Positions 24,284-37,952 of a stretch of DNA of 64,000 nucleotides are shown piece by piece (the first letter of the stretch is position 1; each line of letters opens with the position of its first letter). Both the position numbers and the translations under genes were made by a program. The stretch spans positions 17,918,001 through 17,982,000 of the forward strand of contig NC_043000.1 in assembly GCF_006345805.1 (NCBI RefSeq), given 5' to 3'. The DNA comes from Octopus sinensis. Taxonomy: Eukaryota. The notes under the pieces were generated by a model, which was not told the DNA's origin, did not search any database, and worked only from the letters and a program-made list of their open reading frames with translations.

Positions 24284-25194
24284 TTCTGTTAGAGTGTTAT
24301 TTTAAAAACATTTCTGTGATATATTTGTGTGTGTGTGTGTGTGTCTGTGTGTTTGTTTGTTTGTTTAGTTATTGTTTTGCTTTGTTTACCTTAATCTTTC
24401 TGAAGGACAAATTCCAGGAAAAAAAAAACATCATTTTTTATTCACTTTAGCAGTAATATAAAATGAAAATATAAAAAAAACCACTCTATTCTATTATTAT
24501 TCTGTATTTTTGATACATTGATTATTTTGTTCTAATTATTTTGAGACACAAGACAGGGATAGGAACATAAATTAGAAACTTTTATGTAGAAGGCCAGGAG
24601 TTGATGTAGGGGGTTTGTTTAATCAATTCCAATATATAACAGAAACATTGGCCCCCAAAACAATGAATGGTAAAGCTGACCTCAGTGGGACGTGAACCCA
24701 AAATGCAGAGGGCTGGAAGAACTACTTTAAGGAATTTTGTCCAACACATACCAATGATTCTGCTAATCCACCACCAACAATAATAATTATAACTGGGATT
24801 TTAATGTGAAAACTGGTTGCAAAATTACTTACTACTTGTACTTGTGGCGACATTCACCCTGGCCGGGTTGAGTCGGCTTCTTCTACCACCCTCGAGGCAT
24901 CTCAAAGGAGTTGGAAGAAGTTTCGTGGGATTATGTGGATTTCACAAGCGGTCCCCAACAATCCTGCATGTAGAGACATCCTGTTTGCCAAAACAGACAC
25001 TCCAAGGATTTTCACCAGAGCCCTGTCTGCTGGGTTGTGGCCCTAATACCACTCAGTGTCAGACCAATCCGCCTTGGGTGACCCTACCAGGAACCAAAGT
25101 TCCTGACGGCATAGCTCTGACACTACCCGTTGCCAGTGTCCCCACCACAGTGAGGAGGGGATGGACCACGTCGCTGTATTGACCACGTGGATCT

Positions 25195-25930
25195 CAAAAT
25201 TCATACCAAGTGACCAGATTCATGGTTCTTGACAATGGAAAAAAAGAGTGCATCATCATAGATGTGGCTATATCTGCAGACATGAATATAGCAGTCAAAG
25301 CACAGGAGAAAATAGAAAAATACCAGGACTTGGCTAGGGAAATACTATTATTAACCATCTTACAAACAATAACTCTGAGCACCTTTTCAAACTCCATCTG
25401 TCTAACACCCATGGACATGTTTACAAAGTCAGAAAACAGCACAGCTCCCATGACTTTCGAAAACATTTTTTCATGCTAAGAGTCCTGAAGCATGGAACAA
25501 ACTGCCCGCATCAGTTGTTAGTTGTCGGAGCACTGCATCCTTCAAAACTTCCATGCTTTCTGAGATTCGCCAACACAACACCTAATTTTCTCCCCTCCAT
25601 ACACACACAGGCATGTATCTGACTCATACACTGTTCACTTTCCAGACATTTGTACATTATTGCATATACTTTATACGCACTTTTGACAAGTGGTGGTGCA
25701 ACTGAGCACTGTATACAATAATTTCATTATTATTATTTTATAACAACTGTGGAGAGTTTCTACTAAAGTAACTCCAGTTGTTATTGGTGCCTTAGGCACT
25801 GTAATCAACTGACTTGACAGTTCCCTTATTGAGATTGGTGTAACTGCCAGAGTTGCATTAATTCAGAAATCTGCTCTTTTGGGAACAGTAAAGATTGTAA
25901 GAAAGTTCCTCGATATCTCAGGAAATTGAT
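25195..25930 (+). mobile_element. RLE-type non-LTR retrotransposon C-terminus (R4/NeSL-like), interrupted by a CR1 3' end
   Basis: PDFMVLDNGKKECIIIDVAISADMNI..EKIEKYQDLAREI, then after the insert KVTPVVIGALGT..IQKSALLGTVKIVRKFLD: PD..D/E.K restriction-like endonuclease tail. Confidence 0.75.
25350..25737 (+). mobile_element. CR1-type LINE 3' end with (ATT)n tail
   Basis: Decayed HDFRKHFF..W.KLP motif, tail TTTCATTATTATTAT; opposite-strand copy at 43666-44030. Confidence 0.65.
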
Positions 25931-26204
25931 TGTGATCCAGTATCAAGAACATTGATTCCAAATGCACACCAAAATATTAATAATAATAATATCCATAGAG
26001 TGAAATCAGTTGAAAGTCAAGTTGAAGGAAGTTGGTATTCAGCTTCTCCATCCAAGGAAACAGGTGAGGGTTATTCAACAAGAAGGGCATTTAGCTATAG
26101 AAAATCTGTCTCTGTGAGTTCCTTCTGATCCATGCAAGGATGGAAAAGTAGCCATTAAAACAATGATGGTGATGATGATGTCTTTCTAGAACAGTAATGT
26201 GTAT

Positions 26205-26800
26205 GTTAGTTAGTTAGTTAGTTAATTTGGCTCAAAAGCAAATAGCAAGGCCATGTAGGGGGACATGGAGTTAAGTACAGGGTGGTGTTCATGAAAAGAG
26301 TTCAGGCCACTTGAGGACAAGGGAGGCTTTGAACAAAGCGGTCGTCGGCATCTTCACCATCTCATCTGGCAGCTTGTTCCACGGATCCGCAACCCGGACG
26401 GAGAAAGCTCCTCTCCTTCGATTGAGATGAAATCGTTGCAGGTAGAGCTTTTCGGAATGACCCCTCAGCCGACGCTCTGGAGCAGGAGTGAAGAACAGCT
26501 CTTTCGAGAGGTTACACTTTCCGCTTATGATGTTGTGGGCGAGAATGAGATCACCACAGCGGCGGCGTTTTTCAAGAGAATAAAGGTCGAGCGTCCTCAG
26601 CCTTTCTTCATAGAACAAATTTTTGAGACCATGAACCATGCGGGTAGCCAGCTTCTGGACTCTTTCGAGATGCTGTATGTCTTTGAGGAGATAAAGGAGA
26701 AGAGGCTTGAATCCCGTACTCCAATATGGGTCTCACCAGCGTGACATAGAGTGGTAGGAATATGGCTGCTGTGAGCATTCCGAATGACCGTTGTGCTGTA
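26205..26800 (-). mobile_element. 5'-truncated CR1-type LINE
   Basis: LYVTLVRPILEYG, YEERLRTLDLYSLEKRRRCGDLI, RGHSEKL, AFSVRVADPWNKLP; (TAAC)n tail at 26205-26225. Confidence 0.9.
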
Positions 26801-26809
26801 CTTACACTA

Positions 26810-27167
26810 TCTATATAAATGGCAAAATGTCTGTGTGTGTGTCCTTTATACAAATCCACAATTTTTCAGTTAGAGGGCTCGCACTTTCTATGGTCATTCA
26901 AAACCATCCAAGGGTGGTCGTGCACATCATTACATTTCTCCAGTGACCCCGCAAAGCCATTAAAAAATCAATAGAAGTGACTTTTTGGTGAATTTTCTAT
27001 CCAAAACCCAATCAAAATGCCCGAAACTTGATACGCCAATTGAATGCCAGCTAGCTGTATGTGATTGGTCAGAGATTTGGACAGTTGTTGCGTGTATGTG
27101 CGCATGCACACAGCTGTATATGCATGCACTAGCACTATGACCCAGCGTTGCCGGGTCATAGTGCTAG
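26810..27167 (+). mobile_element. Non-autonomous Helitron
   Basis: A|TCTATATAAATGG..GACCCAGCGTTGCCGGGTC hairpin..GTGCTAG|T. Confidence 0.72.
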
Positions 27168-28311
27168 TCTGAAATATATGGCAATAGTACCCTTAATGTC
27201 AGATGCTTTGTAGGGTTAGCAAGAACTGTAGTATTTTCTGACTCTGAAGATAGGTTAGGTTTTAGTATACGGGTTCTTGGTTATTTAGATGTGACTAAAC
27301 TGTTGAGCAGTCTCTGTATCATTTCTAGACATACTTGCGTCAGTGATGTCTTTCACCGGAAATGTGGACTATTTCATATTATTAAATGTCCCTGGTAATT
27401 AATATTTCTCTTATCAAGTACTGCATTTCGTTTCTTGACAACGGTTCAATACTTTGTCGTGTTTTGTACATATTATCTTTCGCTATGCTGCACTCAAACA
27501 GAAATAAACTTCAAACAGTTGTTTTACTTGAATTTACAGCTTAATTACTACAACACATACCTCTACAGCAGAAATCTATTATCACTAACGTATTTAACTA
27601 TATCGATCGACTGCAAGTTCTGATATGTTAACTCCTCAAACTATTGGCAGCATTCATTATCGCTACTACATATAATTATATTGATTTTATTTGGCAAGGT
27701 ACAAACCTTATGTCTGCAAGTTAAAATAGTAGTGCAAAGTATATGTTTGAAAAAAAGAAATAAAAATCAATTCTCTCTTCACTGTTTCATGACATATTGC
27801 TGTGATGCTTCATTGACTGACGAGTCAAAGTGTCTGTCTTTTAGTTATGGAGTGATGACGTGGTCTGCTGTTGTCATTGGTGCTCTACTGTGCTCTGAGC
27901 AAAGGCATCGAGTCCACTCAGGCTGATTTATCAAACACTAAAGCAGACAGGACGAAACAAAGGGCAACAATAATGATGCAACATCATCATCATAACCATC
28001 ATCATCATAACCATCATCATCACCATCATCACCATCATCATCACCATCATCATCATCATCATCATTTAGCATCCTTTTAACATCCATTTTCCGTGCTGGC
28101 ATGCAGTGGACGGTTTGACAGGGTCTGGCAAGCTGCAGAGCTGTGTCAGGCTGCAGCGTCAACTTTGGCATGGTTCCTACAGCTGCATGCCCGTTCTAAC
28201 ACCAATCACTTCTTTACGAAAAAGAAAAAGAAGAAAAAGAACAAATTACAGAAAATATATGCAATTTTATGTTATACTTTGCAAAGATAAAATGTAATAA
28301 ATACAATTATA

Positions 28312-28945
28312 TCATCATCATCATCATCATCGTTTAACGTCCGCTTTCCATGCTAGCATGGGTTGGACAGTTCAACTGGGGTCTGGGAAGCCCGAAGGCT
28401 GCACCAGGCCCAGTCTGATCTGGCAGTGTTTCTACAGCTGGATGCCCTTCCTAACGCCAACCACTACGTGAGTGTAGTGGGTGCTTTTTATGTCCCACTG
28501 ACACAGGTGCCAGACGAAGCTGGCGAACAGCCACGCTCGGATGGTGTTTTTTACGTGCCACCAGCACAGAGGCCAGGCGAGGCTGGCACAGCTACAATCG
28601 GATGGTGTTTGTTACGTGCCACCAGCACGGAGGCCAGTCGATGTGGTGCTGGCTACGGCCACGTTCGGATTGTTTTCTTATGTGCCACCGACACTGGTAC
28701 CACAAACTACAAATTCCATTGATGTTGATCGATTTTGATTTTGATTTGATTCTTTGATTTTCACTTGCCTCAACAGGTCTTCACAAGTAGAGTTATGTGT
28801 CCCAAGAAGGAAGGTATGTACAGGTGGACTGACTACGTCCCAGGTAGGGGCCATGGGTTGTGGCCTCACTTATCCTGCCAGGTCTTCTCATGCACAGCAT
28901 ACTTCCAATGGTCTCGGTCTCTGGTCATTTCCTTGGTGAGACCTA
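28312..28945 (-). mobile_element. 5'-truncated RTE LINE: ORF2 end + 3' UTR + (GAT)n tail
   Basis: Minus strand LGLTKEMTRDRDHWKYAVHEKT is followed by the minisatellite UTR and GAT tail, tying the CAT-tailed repeats to RTE. Confidence 0.8.
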
Positions 28946-28990
28946 GGAATTCCAACTCTGTTTTTTATGTTTTATTTATATTCTTTATAA

Positions 28991-29068
28991 TAGTTAGTTA
29001 ATTTTTTGGCTCAAAAAGCAAAAAGCAAGGCCATGTAGGGGGACATGGAGTTAAGTACAGGGTGGTGT
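28991..29068 (-). mobile_element. Short 3' UTR copy of the CR1 at 26205-26800
   Basis: AGCAAGGCCATGTAGGGGGACATGGAGTTAAGTACAGGGTGGTGTT identical to 26245-26290, with TAAC tail. Confidence 0.8.
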
Positions 29069-29897
29069 TAGAATATAGAATATATAGTATAAATAGTATG
29101 TATGTGTGCGTATAGCTGCTCAGTGCCACTCTGAAAGAGAGAAAGGGATAGTAAAATGAAATGAACTATTGATTGTCTTATTGAATAGATGAAATATTGA
29201 ATATCAAATATTAAGGGACTAGTATACTTCCTTGCATTAAAGCAGTCTTCAAGGTCCCAGGTTGTGACAGGAATGTTTCAACTATGATATATATATATAT
29301 ATATCATATTTTCAGTAAACAAAAAGAAGTAAGTGGCACAGCTACTGCAGTGGGTGGTCTTCATGAAGACTAGTTACTGCAGTAGACTGTTTGAATGACC
29401 AGCTACAGCTGTGAGCTTTTTTTTTGTGGGCAACCAACTACTGCAGTGAACTGTTTGTGTGACTAGCTTCAAGTGTCAGCTGTTTTGTGGGCAGTCGGCG
29501 ACTACAGTGAAAATTTTGGGAGAGTAACTGAGTTCAATTCCTGGACAAGGTTGTATGTTGTGTTCTTGAATAACATATTATTTCCTATTGCTCTAGTTCA
29601 TTCAGCTATAGGTATGAGTTGCAATGTCCCTGGTGCCAAGCTGTATCGGCCCCTTTATTTTCCCTTCGATAACATCAGTGGAGAGGGGTGGCTGGTTTGC
29701 ATGGGCAACTACTGGTCTTCTATAAACAAGCTTGCCCAGACTTGTGCCTAGGAGAGTAACCTTCTTGGTGCAGTCCCAAGATCCTTCGTGACCAAAAGGG
29801 GTCTTTACTCCTTTTTCTCCTTTACTAGCTTCTGCTGTTGTCAGTTGTGTTGGAGACAGTTACAGTTGTGGAGGGTTTTGTAGAATGGATGCAGATA

Positions 29898-30503
29898 AGG
29901 TGGCGAGCTGGCAGAAACGTTAGCATGCCAGGCGAAATGCTTAGCGGTATTTCGTCTGCTGCTACGTTCTGAGTTCAAATTCCACCGAGGTTGACTTAGC
30001 CTTTCATCCTTTCAGGGTTGATAAATTAAGTACCAGTTACGCACTGGGGTCGATATAATCGACTTAATCCGTTTGTTTGTCCTTGTTTGACCTCTCTGTG
30101 TTTAGCCCCTTGTGGGTAGTAAAGAAATAGAAATAGGTATTTCGTCTGTTGCTACGTTCTGAGTTCAAATTCCGCCGAGGTCGACTTTGCCTTTCATCCT
30201 TTCGGGGTCGATAAATTAAATACCAGTTATGCACTGGTGTCAATATAATCGACTTAATCCGTTTGTCTGTCCTTGTTTGTCCCCTCTATGTTTATCCCCT
30301 TGTGGGTAGTAAAGAAATAGGTATTTCGTCTGCTGCTACGTTCTGAGTTCAAATTCCGCCGAGATCAACTTTGCCTTTCATCCTTTCGGGGTCGATAAAT
30401 TAAGTACCAGTTACACACTGGGGTCGATGTAATCTACTTAATCCATTTTTCTTTCCTTGTTTGACCCCTCTGTGTTTAGCCCCTTGTGGGCAATAAAGAA
30501 ATA
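29898..30503 (+). mobile_element. SINE family B head-to-tail trimer with one TSD
   Basis: Three units; TSD AGAAT(G/T)GATGCAGATA at 29882-29897 and 30504-30519. Confidence 0.9.
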
Positions 30504-30684
30504 AGAATTGATGCAGATACAGCTGCAGTCTGTTTTGTGGAGATCTCCAACTAGGGAGGACAGTTTTCTTGGGGTAGCTATTGTGTTTTTGTTGACAGTC
30601 ATTTTCTAAAATTAAAAGGAATACTTTCAAAACTTGTTTATTATATTTTATTGTATTTATTTATTTATTTATTTTTTGTTTTAG

Positions 30685-30893
30685 GGAAACTGTTGAATTT
30701 TGTCGTAAAATGGAACATGCTGGATTATCTTGGTTAGCCGTTCATGGACGTACACCTGAACAGAGAGGTGAACCAGTGAACAATGAAGCAATTCAACTGA
30801 TTAAAAGCAGTGTAAATATTCCAGTCATTGCCAACGGTGACGTAAAATCTCTTGAAGGAGCCAAAAAGATTCACACAGAAACTAAAGCAAATG
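30685..30893 (+). CDS. DUS4L: DUS4-like coding exon
   Basis: ttttag|G GAA ACT..GCA AAT G|gtaag = (R)ETVEFCRKMEHAGLSWLAVHGRTPEQRGEPVNNEAIQLIKSSVNIPVIANGDVKSLEGAKKIHTETKAN; HGR and ANGD DUS motifs; 209 nt, phase 2/1. Confidence 0.96.
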
Positions 30894-31154
30894 GTAAGAA
30901 CAATTGATCAGTCTCTGAGTCTTGTTGAAGAAAGTGATTGTGTGCAGTAAACAGCTGACTGTTGTTGTTTAAACCCCAGGTCAAACTGACCAAGCAGGCT
31001 TATAATCAAGGGCTTTCCAGCCTTACTATTCTATCTCTTTATATATCCAGGACTGCATTATTCAACATGATCTACTTTTTTTTAGCACAGTAACATATGA
31101 TTTGAGGGATATTTCATTGCTATTTTCAGCAGGTTGAGCAGAGCAGCCATTTTG

Positions 31155-31550
31155 TCTTTTTACTTGTTTCAGTCATTTGACTGTGGCCATGCTGGAGCAC
31201 CGCCTTTAGTCGAGCAAATCGACCCCGGGACTTATTCTTTTGTAAGCCCAGTACTTACTCTATCGGTCTCTTTTGCCGAACCGCTAAGTGACGGGGATGT
31301 AAACACACCAGCATCGGTTGTCAAGCAATGCTAGGGGGACAAACACAGACACACAAACACACACACATACACACATATATATATATACATACGACAGGCT
31401 TCTTTCAGTTTCTGTCTACCAAATCCACTCACAAGGCATTGGTCGGCCCGGGGCTATAGCAGAAGACACTTGCCCAAGATGCCACGCAGTGGGACTGAAC
31501 CTGGAACCAAGTGGCTGGTTAGCAAGCTACTTACCACACAGCCACTCCTG
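31155..31550 (-). mobile_element. SINE family A
   Basis: Full-length copy; opposite-strand copy at 33098-33447, another minus copy at 33970-34336. Confidence 0.86.
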
Positions 31551-34500
31551 CACCTTGTTTACAATTAGTGGAAAAGTACTGCAGATTATTAGTAGAGGCA
31601 GACAAAAACAGATTTCAGGTGATGTTCATAGGTCAGACCTTAGGATCTGTACTGACTGAAGCAATTTTTCAACTGTTAACCCCCACCCCCATCTCTCTCT
31701 CTTTCTCTTTCTCCCCTCTCCCCCTCCCCCTCTCTCTTCCCTCTTAAAACAATGTTTTCTTTTGCATTGAATTTTGTTCTTTTGTAGTGAAGCATAAATA
31801 ACGAAAACAAAGCAGAGGAAATTGACACTGGACATTACCCTCTTTTACAATTTATAACTTGAAGTTCATTAACCACAGAGAATAAATACTAAATAGCTAA
31901 TTGCAGGAGTATAAACTTTCTTAACTGATAGCATGACATTCAAAATAATTTATTACAGATTTGATCTGGGAAGGTTATGTATATAATTGACCGTTCTTTT
32001 GATTCACAAAACTCAAGTTACAGAACTGCATTGTATCAAAGGTGCTCTGTGAAAAGACATAGATTTTACAACTCAATGGAGGATCTAGCCAATTGCAATA
32101 TTAGATTTAAATCTTTAGCATTCAGATTATTCTATCAAAATATAATGCTTATTCAATCACATTGTTTTGTATTAACCTTGAATTATCATGTAACTTCAAG
32201 ATTTCAAGGATGTCATCATCATCATCGTTTAGTGTCCGTTTTCTATGCTAGCATGGGTTGGATGGTTCAACTGGGGTCTGGGAAGCCAGAAGGCTGCACC
32301 AGGCCCAGTCTGATCTGGCAATGTTTCTACGGCTGGATGCCCTTCCTAATGCCAACCACTCCGTGAGTGTAGTGGGTGCTTTTATGTGCCACCGGCATAG
32401 GTGCCAGATGAGGCTGGCAAACGGCCACGATCGGATGGTGCTTTTTACGTGCCACCGGCACGGGGGCCAGTCGAGGCTGGCAACGGCCACGTTCGGATGG
32501 TGCTTTTTACATGCCACCGGCACGAGGCCACATTCGGATGGTTCTCGTAACTGTTTAATTTTAGAATGACATTGTAGAGTAGGTGTGAGAGGCCCCAACC
32601 AGTCAGTTTGAACATAAAAATATATAGGATATTTGGGCTGGATACGGCCAATTTAAATGCTAAAGGACTTGATATATATATAAGGACTTGATGATGGAAA
32701 TTCCACAGCCACTGTTAAATGGTATGCCATTACTTATTCTGACTCTGCCCTAGTTTTGGTAAGAACCTATACATACCTTTTTCATCAATGAAATGAGTTT
32801 ATGTTCCAAAAACTAACGTAAATCTTTAGTGTTCAGATTCCTCTGTCAAATGTAATGCTTTTTTATTTAAATTGTTTTGAATTACTTATGTATTATCTTA
32901 TAGCTTTGAGGCTTCAGTGATCTGATCATTCATTTTTAGAATGTTATTGTCGGTTAGGTGAGAGAGGTTGGATATAGCCAGTTTGAATGTAAGACATGTA
33001 GAATATTTGAGCTAGATTTGGCTAGTATAACTGCTAATGGACCAGTGTTATGTATACAATATTTCTTATTTCTTATAGGGTAAGAATATTTCTTATGTGG
33101 TAAGTAGCTTGCTTACCAACCACATGATACCAGGTTCAGTCCTACTGCGTGGCACCTTGTGCAAGTGTCTTCTACTATAGCCTTGGGCCGACCAAAGCCT
33201 TGTGAGTGGATTTCTGTAGACATAAACTAAAAGAAGGCCATCATATATATGTATATGTATATACATGTGTGTTTGTGTCTGTGTTTGACAACCAATGCTG
33301 GTGTGTTTACGTCCCCATAACTTAGCGGTTCAGCAAAAGAGAATAAGTAGTAGGCTTACAAAGAATAAGTTCTAGTTTCGATTTGCTCAACTAAAGGTGA
33401 TGTTCCAGCATGGCCACAGTCAAATGACTGAAACAAGTAAAGGAGTAAGTCGTGGAGTAACATTTATATCAAACAGAAGAGGTTATTGAAAGCGAAAGAG
33501 AGCGTCTGTTACTCATCAGGTGCCAGGTATATGTACAGGTGTTTGGAGTAGAATTGCACTCATGGATCTTTAATATTTATAGCTCAGTAAGGGAGCAAGC
33601 TGACAGGAACATTAGCACACCAGGTAAAATGCTTAGCGGCATTTTGTCAGTCTTTATGTTCTAGGTTCAAATGCCAACTTTGCCTTTCGTCCTTTTGGGG
33701 TCAGTAAAATAAGTATGAGTTGAACCCTGAGAGTGATTTAATTGACTTAGCCCCCTCCCCTGAAATTGCTTGCCTTGTGCCAAAATTATGAAACCAATGT
33801 ATATTAGTTCAATCCCAGCTGAAGCACATCTACATAGATATTGACACCTGATGAGAAATTGAGACCAAATTGTTCAAAAATGTTGTTTTTATTAGACTCT
33901 TAAAGAGATGAGATTTAAACCCTGGAATGTTTCTGCTATCACCATCATCATCATTGTCATCATTGTCATACTCTTTTACTTGTTTCAGTCATTTGACTGC
34001 AGCCATGCTGGAGCACTGCCTTTAGTTGAGCACATCAACCCCAGGACTTATTCTTTGTAAGCCTAGTATTTATTCTATCGGTCTCTTTAGGCCAAACCGC
34101 TAAGTTATGGGGACATAAACACACCAGTATCAGTTGTCAGGCGATATTGGGAGGACAAACACGTGCACACACACACACATATACATATATACGACGGGCT
34201 TCTTTCAGTTTCCATCTATCAAATCCATTTACAAGGTTTTGGTCAACCCGAGGCTATAGCACAGAAGACACTTGCCCAAGGTGTCACGCAGTGAGACTGA
34301 ACCCAGAACCATGTGGTTGGTAAGCAAGCTACTTACCACACAGCCACTCCTGCGCTTATTATTATTATTGTTATGCTTGAGTAGGATGGGTCTTCCTTAC
34401 TGTTTGTTGTAGCCCTTTGTCATCTCCTTCCTGAGGTTTAGCCTCTTGAGATCAGCTGTCATCACTTCTTTTGTGTCCTCCTCAGTTTCCTGTTCCCACT

Positions 34501-34669
34501 GGTTCCTTCTGTTAAAATGAAGCAGTCATGCTCTCTGGATATATGTTAGTGTATGCACATGATTGACAGAAGCATAAGGGAGCTGAAGCAAAAACCAGGT
34601 ACAAGATGAATCAGATGCAGCTTTCAGGGGACAAGACTGTACTGGTTCAGACATGGGGTTCATATAGAG

Positions 34670-34870
34670 CAGTGGTTTTCAACCAGGGTTCCGCCAGTAC
34701 AGTCCAGGGGTTCCGCAAGAAGTTACAAAAGTGCTAAAATCGGCAGTAATTTTTAATTCTCCTGTGCAGATGTGTGTGCATAAGACTATTAAATTATTGC
34801 ACAGGGATTCCTCGAGCCAGTGGAATGTTTCCTTGGGGTTCCGCTTCGGCAAAAAGTTTGAAAAGCACTG
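34670..34870. mobile_element. hAT (Charlie-like) MITE
   Basis: TIR CAGTGGTTTTCAA / TTGAAAAGCACTG; perfect 8-bp TSD ATATAGAG at 34662-34669 and 34871-34878. Confidence 0.9.
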
Positions 34871-35459
34871 ATATAGAGGTTGGCGTTTCAATTAACCCTT
34901 TTGTTACCATATTTCTGTTGAGATTTTCTGTGTTTCTTTCAATTAATTTTAAATATAACAAAGAATTTAGTAAAATAACTTCGTTATCATTAAGTTAGTG
35001 TTAAGAACATAAATTATGACTAAGTGGGAAATTTTAATTCAGAACTTTTGAAAACAAGACATTTGTACTACAGAGTCAGAGGCAGTTTCAGGCGGGTTGG
35101 TATCAAAAGGGTTAAGGAATTCAAGAAAAGGAAACCAAGGAAGGTTTGGAAAGAAAGCAATGAAAGTTTTGCTTTTGGAGCACTCTCTTCCACTGCTGAT
35201 GAACAGAAGCTACCTCATACTTCTAGGGAGTCTTCTGAGCATTTGAAGAAACCATCTCTCACTATGCACAAAAGCTTTCATCTGTAGTAATAATACTTTC
35301 AAACATTGGCAGAAAGCCTGAAATTTTGAAAGGGTGGGATATAAGTCAATGAAATCAATCTCAGTACCTCATTGGTATTTGTTTTATCAATCTCAGAAAG
35401 ATGAAAAGTAAATTGCCTTCCACCACCATCATGATGGTGGTGGTGGTGGTGGCGGTTTT

Positions 35460-35507
<48 letters not shown>

Positions 35508-35554
35508 ATGGTTTCAAATTCTGACACAAGGCCTGGCAATTTCAGGGGGAGGCA

Positions 35555-35877
35555 GTAAGGTTCACGTGCCACTAGCACTGGTATCACAGCTGCAATTTCC
35601 ATTGATGTTGATCGACTTCGATTTAGGTTCTGATTCTCACTTGCCTCAACAGGTCTTCACAAGTGGAGTTTTGTGTCCCAAGAAGGAAAGGTATGCATAA
35701 GTGGACTGGCTACATCCCATGTAGAAGGCCACTGGTTATGGTCTCACTTGTCCTGCCAGGTCTTCTCACGCACAGCATACTTCCATAGGTCTCGGTCTCT
35801 AGTCATTTCCTTGGTGAGACCTAAAGTTCGAAGGTCGTGCTTCACCACCTCGTCCCAGGTTTTCCTGGGTCTACCTC

Positions 35878-35880
<3 letters not shown>
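35555..35880 (-). mobile_element. RTE LINE ORF2 C-terminus fragment
   Basis: RGRPRKTWDEVVKHDLRTLGLTKEMTRDRDLWKYAVREKT on minus strand. Confidence 0.8.
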
Positions 35881-35917
<37 letters not shown>

Positions 35918-35924
35918 CATGATT

Positions 35925-36185
35925 CCAGGATTGTAAATAAAAAACACGAAAGACAAAAAGAAAATACAATCCCTTAAGATTTGAAATTGCAAAAATTTGG
36001 AATATGAAGATCGTAAAGGTTGTGCCTATAATAAGTGGTGCATTGAGGGACTGTAAGCAAAGATATAGAGAAATGGTTAAAGGAGATTGGATTAGAATGC
36101 GCTGTAGAGCTTCTACAGAAAGTTTGCCTCTTAGGGACAGGAAAGAATATCAGGAGGGTCTCGAGTACTTGGAAGACTATTGAAA
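35925..36185 (+). mobile_element. RLE-type LINE C-terminal fragment
   Basis: KYNPLRFEIAKIWNMKIVKVVPII.GAL..ELLQKVCLLGTGKNIRRV after a frameshift. Confidence 0.65.
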
Positions 36186-36746
36186 GATTGTGGATACCTA
36201 AGGTTACAGGTAGTAACCCACTACCCACATAAATTTTACTAAGAATAAGAATAAACCTGAATCAAATCAATGATGATGATGATGATGATGAAAACTCATC
36301 TAAAGAATTTAACTTTGTATTCATCATCATCATCATCATCATTTAACATTTGTCTTCCATGCTGGCATGAGTTGGACATTATGACAGGAGCTGGCCAGGT
36401 AGACGACTACACCAGGCTATTGTGTCTCTTTTGGCATGGGTTTTATAGCTTGATATTCTTCCTAACACCAACCACCCTGTAGAGTGGACTGAGTACTTTT
36501 TATGTGGCACCAGCACAGGCAAGGTCAGTTTTGGCAGGGTTTTTACAGCTGGATGTCCTTCCAAATGCCAACCACTTCACAGTGTAGACTGGATGCTTTT
36601 TTACATGGCACCAGCACCAGCAGGGTCACCAAATAACTTGCAAGACAAGGAATCTTTGAGAGGGGAGGGGGCATTACTCATTACTATTCTTTAAATTCAT
36701 TAAACTGTACAACTGACAAAGACGTATTTATTATCTGATTTTCTAG

Positions 36747-36832
36747 GTATAATGGCTGCTCGTGGTATCCTATCCAACCCATCTATGTTTGCTGGTTACC
36801 AGTCAACTCCAGAAGAATGTGTTAAAGACTGG
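36747..36832 (+). CDS. DUS4L: DUS4-like coding exon
   Basis: ttctag|GT ATA ATG GCT..GAC TGG|gtgagt = (G)IMAARGILSNPSMFAGYQSTPEECVKDW; 86 nt, phase 1/0. Confidence 0.95.
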
Positions 36833-37952
36833 GTGAGTAAACACTATCCATTTCTCTCTTTGTTGTTGTTGGCATCCTTTCTGTCTCGGGAGACAATGGA
36901 GCTGCGCATAAAATAGTCTAGTCCGGCTTTTACATCTCATGTCCTGATACATCTCCTGCTGTGGCTGTATAGTCCTATCCTGGACAAACACTCCCTCTGG
37001 CAGGTGCCGCAAATGTAGCGAAGACTTTGCCTGGCTGGTTGTACTGTCATAGTTTCTTGTTGACATCTTTTCTTGTCTTTCCATTTCTCCTCTCTCCCTC
37101 TGTCACTCCTTTGTGTTCCCTCTTTTACGGTACGTCACCATTCTCCACTGTTGCTGGCAACTGCATCCCAGTTGCTAATATAGTGAACACTATCCATTTC
37201 TCTCTTTATTCCCTACTTAATCAGTATTATCTCTCACGTGTATTAAAGCGTCTTTCATGTCCAGACTGTCATACCACTGCATGTATTTGATCCTCTGTTA
37301 GGCAAAGGCACTACTGCCAACAATCGCATCATCACCACCACCACCAGCATCACAACCACAACCACTACCACTTCAAGCATGGTATTCCATTGTTGCCACT
37401 ATTGCTCCCACTATCATCACAACTTCACTACCACCTCAACCACAACCACCACTACCAACAACCATACCACAACCACCATCACGATCACAGCTGTCACCAC
37501 AACCATCACTACAACCTTCACCACCACATCCATCATCATCATTGTCATGTTCTCTTTTTATCCTGGCATGGGTTGGACAGGTCATCATGGTACAAGTTGG
37601 TTCATGTTCTAAGTTACTGCCCTGGACAGGTCGGAGGAGTACATCTTACTTACACATACCAATTTAGGGCGTTTTTTTCTTTAGTTTGATACCTTTCCTA
37701 GCCAACTATGTTTCAGGCTGTAGATGAAACATGAAATCTGTGGCTTTTATCAAATTGTTTGGCCATTTATCTACTTGGATTTTGATCTGAGCTAACCTGG
37801 AGTTAAACAATGAAACTTCATTCTATGAAACGTGTGCTACTTCAGTTTTGTGGTTTGCATTTAGGCCTAGGCATGGTTGTGTGGTAAGAAGTTTGCTTCC
37901 TGACTACATGGTTTCAGGTTCAATTCCAAAGCCATTTTAAGTGGATTTAGTC

